A stretch of DNA of 64,000 nucleotides, from assembly GCA_000995065.1 (NCBI GenBank), contig LBWX01000001.1, positions 223,563 through 287,562 of the forward strand, given 5' to 3'. Of this stretch, positions 1 to 7,825 are shown piece by piece. Position 1 is the first letter of the stretch; every line of letters begins with the position of its first letter. The notes beneath the pieces are model-generated. The model made no database searches and was not told where the DNA came from. It saw only the letters and a list, made by a program, of their open reading frames with translations. Source of the stretch: a candidate division CPR2 bacterium GW2011_GWC2_39_35. Lineage in GTDB: Bacteria > Patescibacteriota > CPR2. The position numbers were made by a program, and so were the translations under genes.

Positions 1-1030
1 TACTCCGCAAGACGAAGCGGCAGCCGAAAAACTGCGAAAGCTAAATAAACCATGCATACTTATAGTAAATAAGGTAGATAATCCGGAAATAGAGAAGGAG
101 TTGTCAGAGTTCTATTCATTGGGCCTTGGCGAACCGTATCCGGTTTCTGCTATTCACGGCAGAGGAATCGGGGACTTTTTAGATAAGCTAATAAAAGATC
201 TAAAATCAATTGCTGGCAAAAAAATCGAGATACCGGACGCTGATATTTCCATTGCCCTAGTGGGTAGGCCAAATGTAGGAAAATCATCCATTATTAACCA
301 GATATCGGGCCAAAAAAGGGCAATTGTATCAGACATTCCGGGAACAACCAGGGATATTAATATTATTTATGACCAGATTGATGACCTAAAAACAAAGATT
401 ATCGATACCGCCGGCATAAGAAGAAGAGGGAAGATAGGAACAGGAATAGAGAAATTTAGCGTTTTAAGGGCTTTTAAGGCGGTTGACAGCTCCGACACCA
501 CCCTTTTGATACTTGACGCCACAGAAGGCGTTGTAGCCCAGGATCTGCATATTGCCGGCTTTACCAAAGATCTGGGAAAGGGCCTAATCATTATTGTTAA
601 CAAATGGGACCTCATAGAAAAAGACGAAAAAACTATGGATAAATATCTAGCTATGCTTAGAAGCAAGTTCGATTTTGTTTATTTTGCTCCGGTGATATTT
701 GCCTCAGCCTTAACGGGTAAAAATATTGATAAAATTGGACCGCTAGTTAAGCATATTTTTGACGAACAGAATAAAAAGATCTCGACAAGTAAAATCAATT
801 CCCTTATTGAGAAATTGATCCTGAAAAGACCGCCGGGAATGAAAAGAGGAATCCGACCCAAGCTTTTTTACACCACGCAAACAGGTGTTAAGCCACCAAC
901 TTTTACTATTTTCTCGAACCACCCGGAAATGATACACTTTTCTTATATGAGATATTTAGAGAACAATTTTAGAGCCGAATTTGGTTTTGACGGCACACCG
1001 ATAAAGTTTATCTTAAAGGAGAGAGCTTAA
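1..1030 (+). CDS. der: GTPase Der/EngA (double-GTPase ribosome assembly factor), 5'-partial; gene continues upstream of window
   Basis: Frame from nt 2 reads ...LIVNKVDN (G4 of first G-domain), then second G-domain with P-loop GRPNVGKSS, DIPGTTRD, NKWD and a C-terminal KH-like tail; stop at 1030. Confidence 0.9.
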   Translation, partial: TPQDEAAAEKLRKLNKPCILIVNKVDNPEIEKELSEFYSLGLGEPYPVSAIHGRGIGDFLDKLIKDLKSIAGKKIEIPDADISIALVGRPNVGKSSIINQISGQKRAIVSDIPGTTRDINIIYDQIDDLKTKIIDTAGIRRRGKIGTGIEKFSVLRAFKAVDSSDTTLLILDATEGVVAQDLHIAGFTKDLGKGLIIIVNKWDLIEKDEKTMDKYLAMLRSKFDFVYFAPVIFASALTGKNIDKIGPLVKHIFDEQNKKISTSKINSLIEKLILKRPPGMKRGIRPKLFYTTQTGVKPPTFTIFSNHPEMIHFSYMRYLENNFRAEFGFDGTPIKFILKERA

Positions 1031-1584
1031 TGATTGTGTTAGTAGGCCTTGGAAATCCAGGCAGAAAATACGTGAATACAAGACATAATGTTGGTTTCCA
1101 ATTTTTAGATTATTTGGCCAGAGAGGAGCGAACTGACTTTGTTTTAAATAAATACTTTAACGCCGAGATTGCCAGAACCACCATTAAGGATCAGGATATC
1201 TTTATGGTTAAGCCTCAGTCATTTATGAACTTGTCCGGCGCCAGTGTTCAGGGAGTAATAAGCTACTTTCATGTGCCGGTTGATAAGGTTTGGGTAATTT
1301 ACGATGATGTCGACTTGGACCTTGAAACAATACGAGTGAGAAAAGAGGGCTCTTCTGGGGGGCACAAGGGTCTGCAATCTATTATTGATTGTCTTGGAAG
1401 CGCTGCCATTCCTAGGTTTAGAATTGGAGTTAAGACAAAAGCTTTGGAAAAAATTCCCACCGAGAAATATGTCCTTCAGAAATTTTCGCCGGAAGAACAA
1501 AGGACTATCGATAAGGTATTAGAAAAGACAAGAGAGCTTATTCTTAAAGCTCTAAAAGAGGGGATTGCGGACGTCAGCAAGTGA
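1030..1584 (+). CDS. pth: peptidyl-tRNA hydrolase
   Basis: MIVLVGLGNPG...NVGFQ N-terminal signature of Pth, 184 aa, start overlaps der stop (ATGA). Confidence 0.9.
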   Translation: MIVLVGLGNPGRKYVNTRHNVGFQFLDYLAREERTDFVLNKYFNAEIARTTIKDQDIFMVKPQSFMNLSGASVQGVISYFHVPVDKVWVIYDDVDLDLETIRVRKEGSSGGHKGLQSIIDCLGSAAIPRFRIGVKTKALEKIPTEKYVLQKFSPEEQRTIDKVLEKTRELILKALKEGIADVSK

Positions 1585-1686
1585 GATGGGTTAATTGGTT
1601 AATGGGTAAATAGGTGATAGGATATTTAAAGATTTTTTATATTTATAAAGCGATCTATGTATATAGCACAGAAATCAGAAACAAAG

Positions 1687-1716
1687 AAAAAACCCGACTT
1701 ACGCCGGGTTTTTTCC
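1687..1716 (+). terminator. rho-independent terminator downstream of pth (A-run/hairpin/T-run, potentially bidirectional)
   Basis: aaaaaacccgacttacgccgggtttttt: GC stem cccg/cggg flanked by A6 and T6. Confidence 0.6.
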
Positions 1717-2215
1717 GAGTTTGCAAAGGCCTCCCAAATTGCAACAACTGTCGGTTTGACTTGATCTGCCTCTAGTATAATACTAGGCAGACGTGTTGCT
1801 GGGAGAACATTACTAACGAGTGGCCTTAAGGAGGGTGGTTAAGGTCCCGCTCGTTAGTAGGGTTCTCCAAACAACTTTGACCCTTGAAACTTTTTAAAAG
1901 ATATCGGTTACTAATTAATCGACTAGTTATATTATCATATTTTTGTTTTCTTGTCAAGCACTTTTTTATTTACCAACCGTAACAACCGGTCGACGTAGCA
2001 TATTATCAAACTTTCGCTTTATTGTCAAGTGTTTTTTTAAAGCCCCGTTAAAAAAGGTCTTTTTTTAAATAGAAATTGAAAAATAGAATTGAAGTATCTA
2101 AGATTATATTCTTAGTTAGAAACCAGAACTTTCACAGCTACCGGATAGAGCACCATAACCAGCAAAACATCATAATTAGAAAACACTCAGTTCTGTTTTA
2201 AAAGAGTACACAAAA

Positions 2216-2262
2216 AAAATTGCCTTCTGTTCAAGTTAGACTTGTAACAGAAGGCAATCTAA
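2216..2262 (-). terminator. rho-independent terminator of the minus-strand 3973->2279 operon
   Basis: perfect 13-bp inverted repeat attgccttctgtt / aacagaaggcaat with 14-nt loop; on the minus strand it is followed by T8 (plus-strand a8 at ~2208-2215). Confidence 0.75.
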
Positions 2263-2278
2263 GCCCCGAGTAATCGAT

Positions 2279-2827
2279 TTAGAGCCTAGTAGTAACGCCT
2301 TCTAGCGTTTTCTTTAATCGCAATGCGTTATCCTCCAATTGGTGACACTCCATGATTTCTTGTTCAATCTCCGGGATAGCATTAGTAAGAACGGTGTTGC
2401 TTTGTTCAGCACTGTCTTTTCGTGCTTTGACGCGACTTCTTTGTTCTTGGACTTTTGCCGTAACAAGCAAATGATTTTTTTCCGCCATAAACTCGGCAAT
2501 AAACTGCTTCTTAAGAGCAGGCAAGGCCTTCTTTATGTCTAATATCTTTGCATTTGCATAGGCTTCGGCTTCATCCTCCAGCTTCCTAAGCATCTTAAGC
2601 TCGTTGTCTTCGGCGGCCCGCTTGAGCGTTTCTCGTGAACGATAGCGATTTATAACAACAACAAGCAGTACTATCACGATCGGAATTAAAAAGATCGCAA
2701 TATTTGTCGCCATCGCTTTTGTAGAAATAGCGGCTTCAGCGGCTTTTTGAGCAGTACCGGTATCAACCAAAACGGAAGACGGAACTGCGCCCAAAACGAA
2801 CCTTCTTAAATACTCTTTCATTTCCAA
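2279..2827 (-). CDS. hypothetical membrane-anchored coiled-coil protein (one predicted TM segment ~res 40-60, then heptad-like charged region)
   Basis: 182-aa ORF; hydrophobic IAIFLIPIVIVLLVVVI segment followed by K/E/A-rich region; co-oriented 10 nt downstream of the amidase/SLT gene. Confidence 0.5.
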   Translation of the reverse strand: MEMKEYLRRFVLGAVPSSVLVDTGTAQKAAEAAISTKAMATNIAIFLIPIVIVLLVVVINRYRSRETLKRAAEDNELKMLRKLEDEAEAYANAKILDIKKALPALKKQFIAEFMAEKNHLLVTAKVQEQRSRVKARKDSAEQSNTVLTNAIPEIEQEIMECHQLEDNALRLKKTLEGVTTRL

Positions 2828-2836
2828 ACACCCTTT

Positions 2837-3973
2837 CTAGTCCTTATTAGACATTTCTTCTGCAGATTCCTGAAGTGCGATCTTGATTTTGTGCACGTAT
2901 TGAAGCGTCTCCTTATAGGGAGGCACTTTGCCGTATTTAACAACGGCTCCCGGGCCAGCATTATAAGCAGCAAGTGCTAAACTTGAATAGCCGAAAGTTT
3001 CAACTTGCTCTGACAAATAGTTAGCAGCAGCATCAAGCTGGATATCCGGACTGTCTTTATAAGCTGACAAGTCATACTTATTCCCATTCGCGTCTTTCAT
3101 GTTCGCGAGTGTACTCGGCATAACTTGACCAAGACCTAATGCTCCTGATCGCGATCTTGCTTTATAATTCCAACTACTCTCCTTTGACACAAGTTGTTCG
3201 AGTAAAGCAGGGGAGACGCCATACCTAACAGCCTTCCTGTTTACTATCTCAGAATAATACTCGTTGTCCGTCTTTGTCTTTAGCTCCAGCAAATAAGTGT
3301 CAATGTCGTAGGCGTATGCCCAGAGCCGATACCAGGGAAAATTCCTAGCCGGATCTACTTTCCGCCCCTTTGGCCTCGCTGCACGACGATGACTTATCAC
3401 GTTACCTCTTGGAACATCATACTTTTGAGCAATCCACGCAGCACTCTTAATTTGTTCGTCAGTATATGGATCGTATCCGTTACCTAAATTAACAAATTCA
3501 ACACCTATAGTGCTAGTGTTATTAAAGCGCGAATTACTAACGTCACCTGCATGATTTGCTTTGTACCAAGGCGGAACAATGACATAGATCGTCCCATCTT
3601 TGTCGATAAGATAATTGCACGAGATCTTGCTTTCGGTCAGCCACTTTTGGGAGGATTTAAGATCGCCGGCAGTATGATGTAACATCATTCTGTCTGGAAC
3701 CTTCCGCCTCATCGCATTAAGATTGCCTGTCTGCCTGATTTCAACATTAAGTTTCTGCTGAAACCTCTTATTTACAGCCATCACAATCCGTGGCTCACGC
3801 ACCTTCTCTTCTGGACCTTGTGCAATATCAGTTATTCCAACCCGATCACCAACTTCTTTAAGCACATCTATTACTACTGAAGCGTCGATCATTGCACTAA
3901 ACCAGATACAAAGCACCAGGGCTACCAAAAGACACTTAAGCAGCTTTTCAGGTATATTCCTAATGTTTTTCAC
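2837..3973 (-). CDS. secreted bifunctional peptidoglycan hydrolase: N-terminal N-acetylmuramoyl-L-alanine amidase (amidase_2/PGRP-like) + C-terminal lytic transglycosylase (SLT) domain
   Basis: Signal/anchor LLKCLLVALVLCIWF; amidase_2-like HHTAG...CNYLIDKDGTIY...HAG...GVEFVN; SLT motifs ESSWNYKARSRSGALGLGQVMPST and AAYNAGPGAV; locally higher G+C than flanks. Confidence 0.7.
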   Translation of the reverse strand: MKNIRNIPEKLLKCLLVALVLCIWFSAMIDASVVIDVLKEVGDRVGITDIAQGPEEKVREPRIVMAVNKRFQQKLNVEIRQTGNLNAMRRKVPDRMMLHHTAGDLKSSQKWLTESKISCNYLIDKDGTIYVIVPPWYKANHAGDVSNSRFNNTSTIGVEFVNLGNGYDPYTDEQIKSAAWIAQKYDVPRGNVISHRRAARPKGRKVDPARNFPWYRLWAYAYDIDTYLLELKTKTDNEYYSEIVNRKAVRYGVSPALLEQLVSKESSWNYKARSRSGALGLGQVMPSTLANMKDANGNKYDLSAYKDSPDIQLDAAANYLSEQVETFGYSSLALAAYNAGPGAVVKYGKVPPYKETLQYVHKIKIALQESAEEMSNKD

Positions 3974-4362
3974 CTCCTCCTAATCACCAAAAAGAACTAT
4001 TTTACTTTTAATGTGCATGCTAGAACTATTTCCAGCAGCCGAAGCGACCTACTCGAGGTGAAGCCAGTAGGCCGTTTCGACGGCTCGAAGATTAAAAACA
4101 AAAAAGACCCGAGCGGGTCAAGTGGTGATACAAAAGAAAATTTGTACAAAAAAATGCGACCGGTTTCACCACTAGCTCCCCGTGACCATAAGGTGACCAA
4201 ATAATAGGTCACGGATCGAAGCTTCCGCTTTATCCTGCGGGATATTTGCATATCCGTAAGGGATAAAATAATTCTAATTTAAAGTTGTTAACACCGCTAT
4301 TTTAACATTTGGTTGTTTATGTGTCAATAGTTTTCCTGAACCATTTCCTGAACCATTCCTGA

Positions 4363-4506
4363 ACCACCCTCACTTTTTTGTCATCCCCGTGAATACTTAG
4401 GATCCAGAAGGCTTGGGGACATAGTGAGCTTCCCGGATTCCCGCCTGCTCGGGAATGACAACTAGCGTTACTTTTCTTGTTTTTTAAAAAGTGAGGGTGG
4501 TTCAGG
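4363..4506. repeat. G+C-rich ~100-nt palindromic element (copy A, minus orientation relative to copy B) nested inside a perfect 18-bp inverted repeat gaaccaccctcactttttt / aaaaagtgagggtggttc followed by T-run
   Basis: Reverse complement of ~4382-4480 aligns at roughly 80% with ~10015-10112 (gtcattcccg..gcgggaatcc..ggaagc..ccaagccttctggatcc..cacggggatgac); termini gtcat...atgac inverted. Confidence 0.7.
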
Positions 4507-4655
4507 GTTTTTTCTCGGTAATTCCTCACAACCCCCTCGTCACTCAGAGAAGTTCAGACGACGAAGCAATCTCTATTTGATTTGCAAACAGAATACGGCT
4601 ATAGACGTGAAGAGAGGGCCTTCGGTTGAAGACCCTCCTGGGGTAAGCGTTGCTG

Positions 4656-4853
4656 TTATTTCTTGTATGTTAGGTCCCATGCGTCTCGCATGGAAATAAA
4701 TCCGCCCTCACTTTCTACTTCCTTTTGAATTTTTATCGCCTCCCTATGACGATCCATTTCCTCCTTATCTCTTGCAGCCAGAGCGGCAAGAGAAAGATGT
4801 ATTACTACTGCAATCGCAGCAATAATTACGACGGCGTTCATCAGCTTTTTCAT
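4656..4853 (-). CDS. small single-pass membrane protein (65 aa from ATG with AGGGGGAA SD)
   Basis: MKKLMNAVVIIAAIAVVIHLSLAALAA then charged tail; SD agggggaa 6 nt upstream of ATG at 4853; ORF-track version starts further upstream. Confidence 0.45.
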   Translation of the reverse strand: MKKLMNAVVIIAAIAVVIHLSLAALAARDKEEMDRHREAIKIQKEVESEGGFISMRDAWDLTYKK

Positions 4854-5035
4854 AAAAGATTCCCCCTTGAAAGTTTGAGTTTTACAGTGAACGGCTGATT
4901 CGAACCTAATCCCCATTTATTAAATAACAGACAGCAACTTACCCTCTGTCTCTTAATGAGATGAAAATACACTACCACAAAAAACCAAATATGTCAATAC
5001 TATTTTAACCGAGCGATTTGTAATATATTGGTTTA

Positions 5036-6106
5036 ATGGATGACGAAGACCTAAAATATTGGCTTGCAATAGACAAAACTCAAATTATAGGGCCCAAGAG
5101 GATGCCAATATTGTTGGAATATTTTAAAGAAGTTAAAAACATATGGGAAGCACCGGAACAAGAACTCTTAAGGGTCGGTCTCAACAGGACTACTGCCAAA
5201 CTTTTTCTCGAAAAAAAGAGAACAATCTGTCCAGATAAACTGCTACCCATCTTAGAAAAATTAAAAGTAAAACCCATCACCCTTAATAATCCGGATTATC
5301 CCATTTTACTAAAACATATCCCTGATCCACCGATAGTTATCTATATTAGAGGGAATACTAATCTGAATGTAGAAGGAGTCGGCATTGTCGGCACCAGGAA
5401 AGCGACTAATTATGGCCATTCTATTGCCTTCGAATTTGCCAGAGAGATATCTAAATATGGCATATCTATAAACTCCGGCCTTGCCATCGGTATCGATTCC
5501 TACTCCCATAAAGGCGCCTTAGATTCTAAAGGCAGAACCATTGCCGTTCTAGGGTCGAGCATTGACCGCATCTACCCGGCGGTAAATTTCCAAATCGCTC
5601 AAAAAATTCTAGGACATGAGGGCTCCATTATTTCCGAATATCCGCCTGGCACTCCCGGAGGAAAATACCAGTTCGTGGGTAGAAATCGGATTATTGCCGG
5701 ACTCTCTAAGGGCGTTCTTGTAGTGGAAGCACCCGAAAAATCGGGCGCCTTAATTACCGCCGACTTCGCCCTGGAACAGGGAAGAGAAGTCTACGCTATT
5801 CCGGGAGATATTTTAAACAAAAATTCCATTGGACCCAATAATTTAATAAAAAATGGCGCCAAGATAGTTACCAAAGCTCTAGATATCTTGGAAGACTTTG
5901 ATATCAAAGAGAATGAAAAAGCATCGATAAACCTTTCCGAGCTAGAAGAGAGGATTTTAGAATGCTTAAACGAGCCCAAAGGCATTAACGAGATCGTCAA
6001 AGAATTGAGCTTGAATGTTACGGATATTGGATCTCAAATGACCCTTATGGAGCTTGACGGCTTAGTTACAAACCGAGGCGGCTCGATGTATTCCAAAAAT
6101 ATCTAG
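5036..6106 (+). CDS. dprA: DNA processing protein DprA (Smf)
   Basis: GIVGTRKATNYG, AIGIDSYSHKGAL, IAVLGSSIDRIYP, KSGALITA...EQGREVYAIPG Rossmann-fold DprA motifs; C-terminal wHTH-like extension. Confidence 0.9.
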   Translation: MDDEDLKYWLAIDKTQIIGPKRMPILLEYFKEVKNIWEAPEQELLRVGLNRTTAKLFLEKKRTICPDKLLPILEKLKVKPITLNNPDYPILLKHIPDPPIVIYIRGNTNLNVEGVGIVGTRKATNYGHSIAFEFAREISKYGISINSGLAIGIDSYSHKGALDSKGRTIAVLGSSIDRIYPAVNFQIAQKILGHEGSIISEYPPGTPGGKYQFVGRNRIIAGLSKGVLVVEAPEKSGALITADFALEQGREVYAIPGDILNKNSIGPNNLIKNGAKIVTKALDILEDFDIKENEKASINLSELEERILECLNEPKGINEIVKELSLNVTDIGSQMTLMELDGLVTNRGGSMYSKNI

Positions 6107-6152
6107 AACTAAGCCATTGTGTTAAAACCACTTTAGCTTTAATATTAAATTT

Positions 6153-6893
6153 ATGAAAATCAAATTTCTAGGAACAAGCTCTGCCTTGCCGCTACCAAGA
6201 ATTAACTGTCAAGGAAGACAAATTTGCCTGTCAAAAGACCCCAAAGATCAGCGGCTTAGATCGAGCCTTCTTATTGATAATCGAATACTCGTAGATTGCG
6301 GACCGGATGTTTACACGCAGCTTCTCCGCGCCGGCATGCCCGTTATCGAAGCAATTATTTTTACTCATAGACACGGCGACCATATAAATGGATTCAAGCT
6401 GAATTTTAAAGAACCGCAAACCGCAGAAGTAAAACTTTACGGACCAAAGGAAGTCTTTAAGCGAATTAGAAACGAATATAAGTTTAAGAATTCGGCCCAT
6501 ATATATAAGAATGGGGAAGCGTTGGATTTTGACGCCTTTACCGTAAATCCGCTAAAGATTGATCACGAGGGACTGGATAATTACGGTCTCCTAATATCAA
6601 CGAACAAAAGACTTTTTTACGCGCCGGACATCGAAGCAATCCCAAAAATAACGCTAGAAGTAATAAAAGAGGCCGATATCTTGGTTGTCGACGGTTCTAT
6701 ACTAAATGGGCCGCATTACGGACATATTGGAATCGACCGTCTCTTAGAGATAATAAAACCCTTAAATAAGGAAACTTACTTTACTCATATTGGCATAGGA
6801 AATCCACCTCACAAAGAGCTGGTTAAGTACGTAAAGGAGAAAGGTGGAGACAATTTTAACGTTGCCTTTGATGGCATGGAGCTAGAAATATGA
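6153..6893 (+). CDS. MBL-fold metallo-hydrolase (PhnP/RNase Z-like family)
   Basis: FTHRHGDH (HxHxDH) motif, later D and H ligands (HIGIG); 246 aa. Confidence 0.7.
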   Translation: MKIKFLGTSSALPLPRINCQGRQICLSKDPKDQRLRSSLLIDNRILVDCGPDVYTQLLRAGMPVIEAIIFTHRHGDHINGFKLNFKEPQTAEVKLYGPKEVFKRIRNEYKFKNSAHIYKNGEALDFDAFTVNPLKIDHEGLDNYGLLISTNKRLFYAPDIEAIPKITLEVIKEADILVVDGSILNGPHYGHIGIDRLLEIIKPLNKETYFTHIGIGNPPHKELVKYVKEKGGDNFNVAFDGMELEI

Positions 6894-7810
6894 TTCACTA
6901 TTATCCATTCAGGAAGGGCTACAAAAAACATCCTTATCTCGGAATTACTTATGCTGTTTCGGCAATGCTTGCCGGCTCTATTGCAACTGTGATTATAAAA
7001 TTCTTTAATCACATTCCCAGCCTCCAGATTACCGCTTATTGGCTTTTTATCGGCTCCTTAATTTCTTTAACACTTAACTATTTTAAAGATAGGGAAACGA
7101 AAGTGCTTAAAATTATCAAAAAAAAGCCGAGGTTGCTAATATTACAAACCGTAACTGCTACTTTATCAGCTTTTTTCTTTGTAAATGCCATAAGCCTCTT
7201 AAATCCATCGACTGCAATTTTCGTTTACTCAACAACATTTATTGTAGCCTGCACCTTAATCGGCAAATATTCGTTTGACGATAAATTATCAAAAATCCAA
7301 TATTTTTCCATGTTCGGAGCCTTAGCCGGCCTAACCATTATTACTAAAGATAATTTAGTCGTAAATTCCAACTCTGGATTTATCTCCATCTTTTTAGCCG
7401 CCATCTCGCTCAGTATTAGCGGTTCTATCGTAAAAAAGCATTTTACTCCCGAAGAAACCTTTTCTCTAAACTCACTTAGGAGCTTCTTGGGTGGCGGCTT
7501 CTTATTATTATTAGCTTTGCTCTTACAAGAACCGGTCTTTCCATCGATATCAGCACTCCCGTTATTTTTATTAGGTTTGATGCTCGCTAATGTGATTCAA
7601 TACTCATTTCAATACAAAGCTTATGATTTAGAAAAACTGGAAGTTGTTTCTATTATCGATTCAATGAGGCCTTTTATTGTGCTTATCTTAGCCTTCTTTT
7701 TTTTACAAATTATGCCTAAGGGAACCGAAATTCTAGGCGGAATTATCATGATTGTTTCCGCTTCTTTGTTAATCTTAGGTAATAAAAAACTTGACGAAAT
7801 CGAAAATTAA
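6890..7810 (+). CDS. EamA/DMT-family transporter (10 TM helices)
   Basis: two repeated 5-TM halves, ~300 aa polytopic membrane protein; start overlaps upstream stop (ATGA). Confidence 0.65.
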   Translation: MIHYYPFRKGYKKHPYLGITYAVSAMLAGSIATVIIKFFNHIPSLQITAYWLFIGSLISLTLNYFKDRETKVLKIIKKKPRLLILQTVTATLSAFFFVNAISLLNPSTAIFVYSTTFIVACTLIGKYSFDDKLSKIQYFSMFGALAGLTIITKDNLVVNSNSGFISIFLAAISLSISGSIVKKHFTPEETFSLNSLRSFLGGGFLLLLALLLQEPVFPSISALPLFLLGLMLANVIQYSFQYKAYDLEKLEVVSIIDSMRPFIVLILAFFFLQIMPKGTEILGGIIMIVSASLLILGNKKLDEIEN

Positions 7811-7825
7811 AATATCCTTATACTT

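Noticed and set aside
4013-4204. tmRNA / SRP RNA / RNase P RNA in the G+C-rich non-coding patches (3990-4520 and 49321-49582)
   Set aside because: - I looked for the tmRNA 3' tRNA-like end (GGUUCGAxUCC...CCA), the SRP domain IV GGAAGCAGC motif and RNase P P4 strands.
- None matched convincingly.
- The patches are therefore reported only as unclassified structured-RNA candidates.
3997-4529. ORFs 3997..4251(-), 4013..4204(+), 4317..4529(-)
   Set aside because: - They overlap one another inside a hairpin-dense non-coding stretch and the palindromic element copy A.
- They have an implausible composition (Ser/Arg/Gly-rich) and no RBS.
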